A DNA stretch of 64,000 nt, from positions 34,365 to 98,364 of the forward strand of contig CDMY01000368.1 of the NCBI GenBank assembly GCA_001179505.1. Reading direction: 5' to 3'. Within the stretch, counting starts at the first letter, position 1; each line of letters begins with the position of its first letter. The DNA is from Vitrella brassicaformis CCMP3155. Its lineage: Eukaryota; Protista; Chromerida. Below the pieces are notes generated by a model. That model was not told the origin of the DNA, made no database searches, and was given only the letters and a program-made list of their open reading frames with translations. A program made the translations under genes and the position numbers. Positions 12,101 to 24,258 of this stretch are shown here, piece by piece.

Positions 12101-15100
12101 CACCGAATCGACGGCTCAGTGGAGACGGAGCCACACCGACATATAACGATATGGCGTGGGACATTCGCAACACGACGAGTCAACTGGGCGACAGCTTGGT
12201 GTCTCGCGTGGCTTTGCTCGAGGAGGGCAAGCGCAGCGTCGAAGTGGCGAGTGCCGAGGGCGGGACAAGCATGCGGGTGGCAACAAGGGACCAAGCTGAC
12301 GAGGCCATGCTCTCGATGGGGACGGCCGAGCAGAGTGTGGCCGTCGGATTCCCATCAGCAGTAGACTCGTCGACCACCAACTGCGGCGGGCAAATGAACA
12401 CCGCTGAGAGTGTGCAGCTGGTGTGGTGGTCCGACGACCCATTCCAATATGCCTCCAGTGATGAGCAGCAAGACCCCGCCAACGTGACGACCAACAACAC
12501 ACTCACACGTGCCGCTGCACAAGGCACATTCACCATCTCGGTACGCAAGTGAGACGCATCCATCCGTGCCTCCATTCAAGGCCCTTGTCTGCCTCTGCCT
12601 CCATTTGTGTGTGCGTGTTCGTACCATTAGGGCCGTCGGTGCGGTAGCGACATGCAGCTGAGGGCGTCGGCGGGCGGCGAGCCATTTCGCATTTTCCTGC
12701 CCCGGCCGCCTTCCCATCAGCTGAGGAGGTCTCTGCAGCAGACGGCCAACGGCAACATGACAGTGGTCGTCGAGGACGCCTGTGGATTCTGGAACGACAC
12801 AACAACGCAATGGGACACACAGGGTGGGTGGGTGGGTCGATGAGCGAGCCAGCAACTTACAGCAGTGGCCGTCTTGTGCTGACAGGCTGTCGTGTGAATG
12901 AGGTGCTGTCCAACAGCAGCACGCTGTGCTGCGAGTGTGACCATCTCACTGACTTCGGCAGCGTCTTCAGGTGACACACCCTCAATGAGTCACTCACCGC
13001 ACATATATACAGAGATATGTGCGTGCATACTGCAGGAGTGTGATAGTTGACAGCAGCATAGCGGATGTCTTGGGTGGTGCCGATGAATCGCTCAAGAGGA
13101 TTGGCGACATCACCGCAATTGTGCAGAACGTCGCCGGCATCTTCGTTTTCATCATGATTGCCATCCATCTCGTCTGCCTCGCCGTCTCCATCTACTTCGA
13201 CTGCAAACACCCGTACCAATGCATTCAAGCAGACAGACAGACAGACAGACAGACAATGACAGCAGTACTTACAGGGCTCGCTAACACACCCTGCTGTGGT
13301 GTGTGCAGCATCACCAATGAAATCCTCTTGGACATCTGGATGACGGACCCACTTCTGGTGAGTGTACGGAAGACATTCGCCTCATGGCATAGATTCGCAT
13401 CCTTCTATGCGGCTCACAGGATGCTCGACACACTGCGGTCAGCACTGGAGGATTCCATCAACCGGGTCAATCTTGTGTTGCCCCTGTTTGTCCTCCTTCG
13501 TTGCTTGCGTGCCCATGCCCGTGCGCAGCGTACGCGTCTGCAGAAGGTCAGCAGGGACTGTTGGAAGGTTGGCCGTCTGTATGTGTGTGTGCATGTGCAG
13601 GGGATACATCAATGCAGCCGGAGGGCGTACCACCCCTTCTGGTGCGACTTCCTGGTGTGCCGCATCGTCGGCGGCTGCTGGCTCTTCTGCAAGCGAAGGG
13701 AGCCGACTGTCCACCTCCAGGAGCTCCGGACACTCAGACAAGTCAGACAAGAGCTTTTGCACGAGCCGCCGAAGCAGCGACCCCGCGAGGACAGTCTCGT
13801 CGCCATCGAGCAGGCAAAGCCTCCAGTGGTGAGCAACATGCCGAGTTCTACTGACAAGAAGCCATGGTAAAAATGGGGGAGGCAGAGAACGATGTACATC
13901 CATTGCGTACTCTCGCTCTTGCATCAGGTCGGATGGAGCAAGAGTGCGCCGCTTCTCTCTGTCGACTGCCTTGACGGGACATCAAGCGGACACGGCGCAA
14001 ACAGACAGCAAGAGCCTACGATACCGAGTGCAGGAAGCCTTACCCAGCTTGACCGATTTCATCAAGTATGCATTCGTCAAGAAACAGCAAGAAAACAGCC
14101 CGAGTTCCCGCTTTGAGGTCAAGAAAACGGCGACGGACCTCAGTGTCTCGGGCCCTTTACCCAAGCAGGACCCCAATTGGAGCGTCATGCCTCAGTCGCC
14201 GCTCTCTCTAGCCGGCGACGAACCATCAGGCACATACGGTGCGTCGTCGCCGGCGCGTAGGCGGGCGAGTGTTCAGAGTGTAGATTCACAGGTCAGCGAA
14301 GACCACAAGTCTGAGAACGAAGAGCGGGGACCACAGCAAGGGCCCAGAGGTCTATCGTTTGCGCCGTCCGTGGGCGCCCAAGTACACAGCCCACGCACAG
14401 GGTCAATCTCAGTCTGTCTATGTGCACACCCCCTCTGTTCTGCACCATCAGATGGACGCCAGAGGGATGCAGATATTTCAGCAGCTGATGAGAGAAGAGA
14501 AGAGAAATACTGTCAACCTCGTCAAGTGAGGGCCCTGCCTTTGTCAGTCGCAATGTGCCTGCTACCAATTGCCTGTCCTCGCAGGAGTGGTGTGTTGAAA
14601 GAGGCATTGAGGCAGAGACTTCTCCTCGAACTCCAGCGGCAGCAGGCGGGAGCCGTCTTGATTCAACGGCACTGGCGTGCCCTTCTTACCCGCAAGAAAG
14701 GACAGAAGGCCTCGACGCAGTTGAAGGAAGGGGAGCAGGTTCCTGATATTGAAGACACGCCCTCGGCAAAGCTGTTCGGCCGTCCTCAGAAGAAGGGCAC
14801 CATCGAAATGGAGGACGAGAGGCAGGGCCAGATGCAGCCGGAGGAAGGGGAAGAGGAAGTACCGCAAGACGAACGCAAGCACCGGAAGGGATTTGAGGAT
14901 GTTGCTGCTCCGGCCTCCGACTCTGCCCAGTCACCTGCCAGCCTGACGAGCCGCTTTCAGACAATGGTCGACTCGGAGGGCTCACCTACCCACACAAACA
15001 CACAGGAAGAGGAGGATGAGGAGGACGATAACGCCGATGACCTGTCACCCAAGCTGCAGAAGGGCCAGACTATTCCGATTGCTGACGCCTTGGGCCACCA

Positions 15101-16667
15101 GCAGCAGAGGGAGGTGAAGCTTATGGTCGATGACGGAAAGAAGAGGCCCGCTCACAAGGTGATGCAGGGGAAGGCTGCCGCTCCGCGTCGCAAGAGCGTG
15201 ACGGAGTTGTGGGGCGATCTGAACATTGAGGTGGACATGATGGTGACGCGGACGATGAGGAGGGTCGAGTATATCGAATGGGGGCCGACCAAGATGTTCA
15301 AAGAGGTCGTCAGGCGAGACCATCCGATAATGAAGCTCTTCATCCTCAATCCAGCGTACGCACCAGACTCCTTGGGGCACACAATTGCACACGAAGATGA
15401 GTGGATGACACACGTGTCTCCTCCCGTCTCAATGCAGGTATACTGCCGTTCAGCGCGTTTTCTTCTTCGGCAGCATCAGTCTGGGGATACTGACAATGTG
15501 CGCCGTCTTCTTCGACCGCACACGCATGACTGGCGAGGGTACCGAGAACGTGCTGCTGTCCTTCCAGACTTCGGACATCGCCTGGAAGCTCACCCTGCGG
15601 CAGATCGCCGTGCTCATCTGGTCTATCATCCTCGCCAAACCGGTGGGCCACTTCAGTGCAGCCTTGCCCATACACGCCCCTTCTGTCCTGTCTGTTGTAT
15701 GATGTCCGTCGCAGGTACCCATCGTGCTCATCCTCCTCTTCAGGAAGACTGTGCCTCACATCAGACCCTCACCCACACGAATCGGTGAGCGTCTCGCAGG
15801 AGGCATACATTTGAGACAGTTTTGCCTGCTCTCCACATGCGTCTGCAGCAGACTACGACGTGCCCGCGGGTAAGAGTTTCTTCCTTGCCAAACGTACTAG
15901 TACAAGCTTCGCCAAGAGTGGGCGCCGCATTGCAGAAATCACTGGCCGCCACTCAGGTGGGTGGGCAATATCCTGCCCTGCTCGGCGTGATGCATGGTGT
16001 ACTCTTTGTGTCTTCAGGCCACTTCCCGCTTGAAAAGAAGACGGCCGTGCTAACACGATGGCGGGTGAAAGCGAGGATCGGCGTGGCCATTGCCCTTATC
16101 TACTGGTTTGTGTGCGCCTCCTTCCTGGTGTTATTCGCCTTCTCTGAGCGGCTGGAGCAGCACGACAATCGACCCTCGTACATCATATATCAAGACTTCG
16201 TGTTGGCATGCTCAGGTAGGTTGCATGGCACAGCCACTGAGGGAGAGAGAAAGACATCTATCACCGTGGTGGCATTTTTTGTCGCAGTCGAAACCCTCAA
16301 TACCTTCATCCTGCAGCCGATCATCAACTTCATCCTGTTGTCTCTGCTGCTCATGGCAATCCTGCGCATCGGCTTCTGCGACTGGATCGTTTGGATGATG
16401 CCCCACTGGTAAGCGAGCGACACAAGGCAGACGGCGATTGCCCGCCTACGCCATCCGTGCGCATGAGGGATGCTATCTATCTATCATATCTATCTATATG
16501 ATTCGGTCAGGTTCGACTTCACCCACGTGCATGCGGTGTCTCTGCATGAGCTGACCATCCAACTGCAGGCCATCACTGACACACAGGAGCTCACGCGGGG
16601 CATCCTGGGGTTTGCTGGATTAAACATTGACAGCATTGGATTCGTCCAGGACGTTTTCTCATTCTGA
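9110..16667 (+). CDS. Large polycystin-1 (PKD1/REJ)-like membrane protein: signal peptide, Cys-rich CGDG repeats (DUF4215-like), PAN/Apple domain, PT-rich stalk, GPS motif, IQ motif and multiple TMs
   Basis: Signal LFALLICAVLIPHTRG. Repeats CGDGVRGGDDCDDGNEVDGDGCSGAC (9275-9360) and CGDGWVGHEEICDDGNVVNDDGCRDNC (10678-10760). PAN-like EECARLCLSRHDCAVFEW. TPSP repeats at 10895-10950. GPS motif CGFWNDTTTQWDTQG...CECDHLTDF (12780-12960). IQ-like AVLIQRHWRALLTRK (~14650-14700). C-terminal TM block at 15420-16410. Last exon ends VQDVFSF* at 16667. Confidence 0.75.
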
Positions 16668-17073
16668 CTATGGTGCTGTCTGTGGTTCTGTGCACTTTCT
16701 CTCTCTGTGGAGCGTAATTCTGTGTGTCTTAAGTGCTTTGGGTGATGAAGAGTTTGTTGCGGAATCAACAGTAAGGACATGTCCTGGACAGTGTTTTTTG
16801 GGTTTTCTAGGATCGACCGGGATGGCTTATCGCTCTTGGTTTGACACGTGTGCAAGGGCTTGTCCCAATGCCGTCCCCGGTTGGTACATTGTACTGTATA
16901 TGCGTGTCATTTTGGAAAGATAGTGTGTCTTCTTCCTATGATGCACCGGAATGAATGCAGGCAGTGTAAGTCGGCATTTGCGCAGGCGTGTGGCCATGCG
17001 ACGCGGAGAAGTGAAAAATTGACAACTAGCGGCCTTCCGCCGAATGTGCACCGACAAATGACACCATCAACTC

Positions 17074-20000
17074 ATGCATTGCAAGTCGCCGCTTCAGCAA
17101 CACGTTCTACAGTATCTGATGTGCCGTCTGTCAAGTCCATCAAGCCCTCGCCGTCCGTATTTCCCCCTGCCTTCGGATCGTCGACAGACTTTTGAGCTCG
17201 CAAGTTTCCTCCCCAACTCACTTAGGAAGAAAAGTGGGCCTCATTCATCATTGAAGCGTTCCCAGCGTTTCCTCGACTGGATCTTTCCACTGGATCTCCC
17301 ATTGACGAGCGTCACGAGAAGATCTCTGCAGCCCAGCCCTGCCACACCTGCCAGCAAGCAGGCCCGTGCCGAGCGCGTGAACAAGGTCGCCCAGCAACGT
17401 GGTGGGACGATGACGAGACTGCAGCACGTTGCGACGTACCGTTTCTCATTGTATCCATTGTTTTCTGTGCTGCAGAATCGGCTGTGTGTGGCTGTGCTGT
17501 GTGAGGTGTGTGGGTATCGATGTCGGTGCGTCGGGTGGTCCGTTTCGTCCTCTGGTGCAGCAACCAGCCGCGCCAGAAACTGATCCGTATGGGACTGCAA
17601 GGCTCTGGAGGTGAGCACAGATGTGGTGTGGTGTCCTGTCATCCTCTCGTGGCTGGCTTGATTCTCCCGTTCAGTCGCACTGGCGGCGTACATGGGTATG
17701 GATTTCCTTTATGCGACTGACGTCCGCCCCATGGCCCCGCAGGCAATCGCTGAGCACCTGAAGGCGGGGTCCGTGCAGGCGTGCACGCCCGAAGGAGTGA
17801 GGGGCTACTTCACCACCTTCAGAGCGGCGCCCAAGGGCGAGCCGACGGACCAGGTGGCGATTGATGCTGAGAACGGGATCTTCACGATCTTCGACGGCAC
17901 CAATGGGTCGCTGTGCGCCAAGTTCCTCAAGGACAACTTCCTGGACATTCTGCGCTTCGATCTCTACCGCATGTTCTCGCCCGTATTCAACAAGAGGAGA
18001 CGACGGAACACAGAGGAAGCAGAGGGAGATAACGGCTCCACCATCCCCCGGTCGACGGCGGCTTCCCACGTCAACAAGGGGTGGCTCAACTTCTCGGGCA
18101 GCGAGCTCATCTTCGAGGTGCCCTTTGGCCTCCAGGCCAAGTGGATCGACGCCATCAGCAACAGCTTCTACGTCGCTGAGCGGATGTTCTTCCTCAGGAA
18201 CGAACACCGCGGCTCGTCCGTCGACGACCACCTGTCGGGCGCCAGCGTCGCCTCGGCCATCGTCACGCCCATCGGCCTCGTTGTTGCAAACATTGGCGAG
18301 ACCGTCAGTGTCCTTGGGGCCGTCAGAAAGACAGCAAACAATGCCGGTACGCAACCAAACGGATAGCAAAGGAGTGCGGGTGGACGGCTGGGTAGCTGCG
18401 TGTTTGTGCCGGTGAGTGTGTGTGTGCTGCAGTGCAACCCCCTGAATCGATGCGCGGAATCCCCGTGGGCGACCATGAGAGGCTTGATTCGTTCCAGATG
18501 ACAGCTCGGCACACGTGCGACAGTGTCAGCGAGAGGAAGCGCATCGCGGGCAGCCACCAGCACCGGCAGATTTACAGAGACATGTTCTACAACAGGGGGC
18601 TACTCAAAGGACAGCTGCGCATCACCAGGGCCATCGGCTCGTACCACCTGAAGGTCTGTCGAGCAGTGGCAGAGAGCACTGTCCATGGATGTGTGGGCCT
18701 GACCTGATTGGTGCATCCTGCCGTCAATTGTACCTTGTGTGTCGACCATCAGGACACGAACATTTGGGAGCGTCTGCCTGAAAAGCACCCAAAGCTTTAC
18801 AAGTTCCCTCCCGTCCAGCCATATGTCATCTGCATGCCGGTAAGTAGCGCCTGACACACACACAACAGGGAGGGGACACAGAGGACGATCAATCATCCAT
18901 GCGTCTGTCCTGTGTGTGTGTGTTTCCTCAGGAATACTGCCTACAGGTAAAGGGACATCGGGAAGGTACAACAAAAAACAGTGCAACCACAGGTAGACGA
19001 GATGCCGTCCTTGCTTTGGTTCAGCAATACTTTCCCGAAGTCAAGTTCATGCTCATGGGTAAGTGGGCAGCCAACGCCCCGCCCCATCCATGTGATGTTG
19101 GCGCTAGCTGAATGTTTGTTTCCTCGTTAACCGTTCACTCATTCAGGCTCGAGTGGGTTTTGGCAGCTGGTGGACAAGGACGAGGCAGTCAAGGCGACGT
19201 ACCAGTTCCTGGAGGCCGAAAAGCAGGCCAGACAGGACCTCATCAACCAACAAACACAAACCATACCACAACCCGCCGTGGTAACAAACACCACACATCC
19301 ATCCGCGCACACATATCATGGATCTTCGTATGGCACTGCTCGTCTCGTCTCGTGTGTGTCGTGTCAGGTCACCACCCCGGCAGCAGCACCAGATGTGTCC
19401 CCTGAGCCGCCTTCACAGCAAGAGAAGGAGGCCGACGACACAGTGGGTGTGGTGCCCTCGCCCCTCGCCGGATCGCTGGTGGCCCGCCTGCAGCACATGC
19501 TCTTCTCACGCACCACAGCCACACCGGCATACGCACAGGAAAGCAGCGGCGCGGCCAGCGAGCCTGGGCCGAAGAAACACAATGAAGAGGCCAAGGCGAG
19601 CGACGTCTTGCAGCCGACGATTGAGCAACCAATGGTAAGCCAGAGGGAGGGAACAAAGGCTGGTCCGTCCGTCCGTCCGTCCGTCCGTCGATGATGGACG
19701 CCAATGAGTGTGGGTGGATGCGGGGCATGCATGTTGATGGGTGAATGAATGGTCAGGGTATGGATGTGTCGACCTACCTGATGCGCAAGGCCCTCTCCGT
19801 AGCCGCCAAACGAAACCAGTAAGTGAGACAGCCACCCACCCACCAATCAGCTCCTGTTGTCTTGTATGTGTCATCTATCTGTTGCTTGGTCCATCCATCG
19901 ATCCATCGATGGATCGATGTGTCAGGATGATGCATCTGAACGCCCAGGTGTTTGAGGACTGCCTCCCCACGGTGGCCACCCGGGGTCTGCAGAAACACTT

Positions 20001-20742
20001 CAACAAATACGGACTGCCATACCCCGCTTGCGAAGAACGACTGCTCTCAAAGTGGGTGGATAGGATAGGCTATGTATCTTCCGCCGTACTACTATGTGTC
20101 CGCTCCTCTCTCTCTCCGTACGTGTGATTGTGTGTATAGCCTGATCAAGACGCACCGCAGGCGGACCAATCGGGACCTCCACCCACTGCCGTCCACTACA
20201 GAAGTCCTCAACGACGGTATGTACGTCTATCTATCAGACAGACAGACAGACAGGCAGCCACACAGACCGATGGATGGATGGCTGTGGTGTGGTGTGGATT
20301 GGTTCAGATGTGACAGTGGGTGTGCTGGTGCTGCCCAGCAAACTCAGCCGCACCCCTCCCAAAAACAGGTCAGTGGGCTACCCTTGACACGGACTGACTG
20401 GCAGAGCAGAGGACCCATCCCATCCCATTCATCAGCTGGCTCTCCCCCTTGTCTGTGTGCAGGTTTGCCGATCCCTCTATGGGTCCGCCTGCGATCGCGC
20501 CTGCCGTCAAGGAGTTGGAGGCCGACATTCCCAAGTCCATGCCAGCGCCCGCCAATGAAGGCAGATGGAACATACCCATGGCGTACGCCAAAACACAGAC
20601 AGATAGACAGAAACGGTTTCTGCTCTCTCCATACACACAACAAACATGTTGTGTGCATGTGTGTGTGTGTGTGTATGTGTATCTCAGTGACAGGCAGTGG
20701 TGGGATATCTCGCCCATCCACAACTACAGCCCCGGTAGCTAA
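17074..20742 (+). CDS. PP2C/PPM-fold protein with degenerate metal-binding motifs (probable pseudophosphatase)
   Basis: Ordered PPM motifs: FTIFDGTNG, SGASVASAIV, VANIGET, H...ERKRI, GQLRITRAIGSYHLK, PYVICMP, FMLMGSSGFWQLVDKDEAV (spliced 19049/19147) and NDDVTVGVLV (spliced 20218/20308). The start and the 3' end (20742 or 20803) are uncertain. Confidence 0.7.
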
Positions 20743-21176
20743 GTGGGTGTGTGTGGATGGGATGGGTGTGTTCGGAGTTAGTGAGGCTGAGTGGCGTCAG
20801 TGACAGTCAGTCATTGGTCGGCGTCCAAGTCCGGCAGTTTGGTGAGGGTGTTGGTTTGTAGTCTATGTAATGCTCCTGCCCCTCCACAGACAGGCAGGCA
20901 GGTTTCCCTTCGTGGAGGGGGTGGATTTAATGATAACCATGATCTGACTATCGACATTCTCGGCACGGAGGATTCCATCCATCCATCCGTCCACTTGATC
21001 ATCCAATCCACTCACTGCAGCACTGCAGTGCACACATTCGTTCGTCGGTCAACCGCAACAATCACATGCCTCCCTGCCTGCCTCCCTGGCTGGCTAGGCC
21101 GGCCTCTCCTTCTCTCCGCTGGCTGTGTGCATGCACGTATGTACGCGTGTGTGAGTCGGTCCATGCATCCCATCTA

Positions 21177-23639
21177 TCAGGCGGGTCGCATTTGTGAGTT
21201 TATGGCCTCAGGCATCCCATCCACCATCAAAGGGATTGTCGACTGACCCTGGTGGAGATCGGCCCTGATGTGATTGATGTACAGTCACACACAGAGACAG
21301 ACACACAGACGTGCGCATCGATCGCATCATGCCCAGCGTTGGTTGATCCCTTGTCATGTCACCCAACCTCCCTCCCTTTTTTTATTCATATATGCGGGCC
21401 GACCTGAAGACTCTGAATTTGTCCTGCATTGTGTTGCGGGACGCCACAAGCACCTGCAGTGCACCCACACACATTCATCCACACACGACACCCTCACACA
21501 AGTGTATGTATGTCTTTTCCAGCCGGCCTCTTGTGTCCGTCGATTGCATTGCCCACCCACCACTTTGCCTCCGGCATTTTTGCCCTCAATGGTGTAGGTG
21601 GCGTTGACAAAGAGAGTCCGCTGCGGACCAACTACATATGCCCACACACACACACACACACACACACAGGAATGGATGAAGCAGCCAGCCAACCAGCCAG
21701 CCGTTGGGGCACGTCGCGTCTCGCATACCCGCCGAGAGGATGCTGCAGAGGCAGCGGGGCGACCAAAGCGGGCGACAGACGAGATGCAGATAGACAAGGA
21801 GACAGATCATTATTATAGATCCATCCCCCGTGACTAGTGACCGACGCTCACCTTGGTCTTCCGCCGATAACGGCCCGTATTTGTGGATGGTTCTGAGCAC
21901 ACAGCAGAGTGGCCAGCCAATGAAGGGGCCAGGCCACACTCCAGCAGTGTACCAATACGAATCTGCGACCGAACCCCGCCCCCATGGCGTCTTTGATCTT
22001 GTTGTACAAGTGCAGCCCACCAAATCCAGCAACCAACAACTGCAGTGCACCCAGCCAACAATACATTCATCAATTGATCCATTCATCCATCCATCCACAT
22101 CCATCCATGGAAGCCTGCCTGCATCATGTATGTGTCGTGTCTGTCCCTGGGTGCGTGCTCGTCCCACCTACCGTCGCAACAATCATGGCGTACATGACAA
22201 AATACTTCGGCCGCTCTCGCATGTGCGCCGAATCGTGGGAGAAGAACGCCTCTGAAACACAAATCCATACATCCATCCATCCACGAATGACGTCGGGACA
22301 CCGGCAGGCACTTTGCTGCCCATCCATGCCATCCACCGTGCCGATCAACAGGTGTCCCTACCGATGTCAGGGTGGCTGTAAGGGTGTCCGTGCAGTATGA
22401 CAGTCTGGTTGTAGTCGCCCTGTGGACACAGCACCACACTCTCAAGTATCCACCTCGACGGCACACCCGACCGGTAGTCAACACCACCACCAGACCGACG
22501 AGCCACAGACACAGAACCACTCTTATGTTTGGCCTCTGATCGATCGATCGATGGACGAAGCGCACACACACAGCCAGACACATGAGTGAGTGCCGCTGCC
22601 AAGTCGTCCATTGGTCTCACTTGTGGGTGGTTCGTCCGCAGGCTCGTCGGGCTGGCTGCTCGGCAGCTGGCAGGCAGGCACAGACAGACACGGAAGGAAG
22701 GAACACAGACAGACAGACAAACAGACAAACAGACAGACAGGCAGCCATAGGCGTGCGTGTCACGATTAGCTGCATGGGGCTGCTGCGCCCCATATGCCTT
22801 GCCTACCTTCTTGTACACCATGTTGACAAGCTTGGTAATTTTCTCCACGATAAGGTTTTTGATCTCCCAGGGGTGCTCGTAGTAGTGTATGAGAAAGGAC
22901 CTTGCCGGCAAAGAGGGGTCGTCCTCAAACATGTCGTCGTCCTGGTCCTTACTGCCACTCCCGTCCTTGGTCTTGTTCTTCTTGTAGGCGCCTTTGCCGC
23001 CGCCCTCCTGCAGGGCCAGCAGGGGACTCAAACTACGCCGACGGGCACCTATCAACACCTACACGCACACACACGGGGACGGACGGACGGTGTGTCTGGT
23101 CTGTAACCGATTGGCTGAGTGACAGAGAGACCGACTGAGTGACCTGTGCAGTGCCATTTGGCCCAGTGAGTTTGACCTCTGATCGTGCGTAGAACTTCAT
23201 TGAGTCGAGAGTGCACCGCCGGAAGGGCGACACTGACACAGGCGCACCCACGTGACGCTCCACCGAGCTGTCGTGCTGCACCCACCACCACAGACACACA
23301 GCACAGACAGAGAGAAAAGAATGAACGACATAAGGCGGCCCACGTGTGGTGAAGAGTATATATGTGTGTATGTGTGGGTCGCATGATGATTGTCTGTCTT
23401 GCCTTGAGCCCGTCGAGCACAGGCGTCAGGTAGGAGTGGTTCTTGTCCTGGTTGATGTATCCCTGGACCGCTGATGACACCGCAGCAGCCACTGCCACGC
23501 CCCACGCTCCTGCTATCGTGTAAGGCACGTTCTCGGGAACCCACAATGAGCGCAACTGCAAACACACAGCCAAGCGCGGGACAACAAATGGAAGGATCTG
23601 ATAGCGCAGTGTGTCATGCATGGGCTGACTTCTTACCAT
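21177..23639 (-). CDS. Multi-exon membrane protein, weakly Tim21/Coa1-like (possibly mitochondrial)
   Basis: Exons MLRSLWVPENVPYTIAGAWGVAVAAAV..., HDSSVERHVGAPVSV..., KYFVMYAMIVATLLVAGFGGLHLY (TM), LCAQNHPQIRAVIGG, TLFVNATYTIEGKNAGGKV, VLVASRNT..., RADLHQGQSTIPLMVDG...PA*. The Tim21/Coa1 resemblance is judged by eye only, and one internal junction was not resolved. Confidence 0.4.
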
Positions 23640-23670
23640 TCTGCATCAGATCTCCGATCCTGCGCGACCT

Positions 23671-23750
23671 GGGTTTTCAGGGTTTCACCTGTAGGGTTCA
23701 AAAACCTAAACCCTAAACCCTTAGAACCCAAACCCTGCACCTTGAACCCT
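23671..23750. repeat. Short degenerate interstitial telomere-like repeats in head-to-head orientation
   Basis: GGGTTTTCA-GGGTTTCA-cctgt-AGGGTTCA followed by AAAACCTAAACCCTAAACCCTTAGAACCCAAACCCTGCACCTTGAACCCT. This matches the GGGTT(T/C)A heptamer known from apicomplexan and plant-type telomeres. Confidence 0.6.
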
Positions 23751-24258
23751 GGTGCTGGAACTCTACACTTGGGCGCATCCAGGTTCATCAATCCATTAGT
23801 GTAGGTGTGCACATGGAGCAAACATGTTGCACTGTTCTGTCCTGTGTTGCATTGTGTGTCGGTCTGAGCCAGTCGAAGAGACTGAAATAACAATCCCTAG
23901 TCAGCTCAGACAAGCTCAGATAAGAAGAGCAATCAATGTGTATACCACACCCGCAGCCCAGTGAGATCCCTCCACTGCAGCTGCTCTCGCTCACACTTCG
24001 CAAAACCCTAAACAATGCCCTATTTTCCGAACGACAAGACTCAAGTTGATGAATGAATAGCCAAACAAAGAGGGCAGCAAAACACACAGGCGCAGGACAG
24101 AAGCTGGCTCTTTGACCGACCGACAAAACGGCATGCTGTGAATGACGGCATGCCTGCCTCTTTTCTCTCCCGCCAGCCCAGCACTCCCTCCCAGCCCTTC
24201 CTTCCTCCAACCCCTCTTGACTTTATACACGTATGTATCATCGATGGCCACACTCCCA

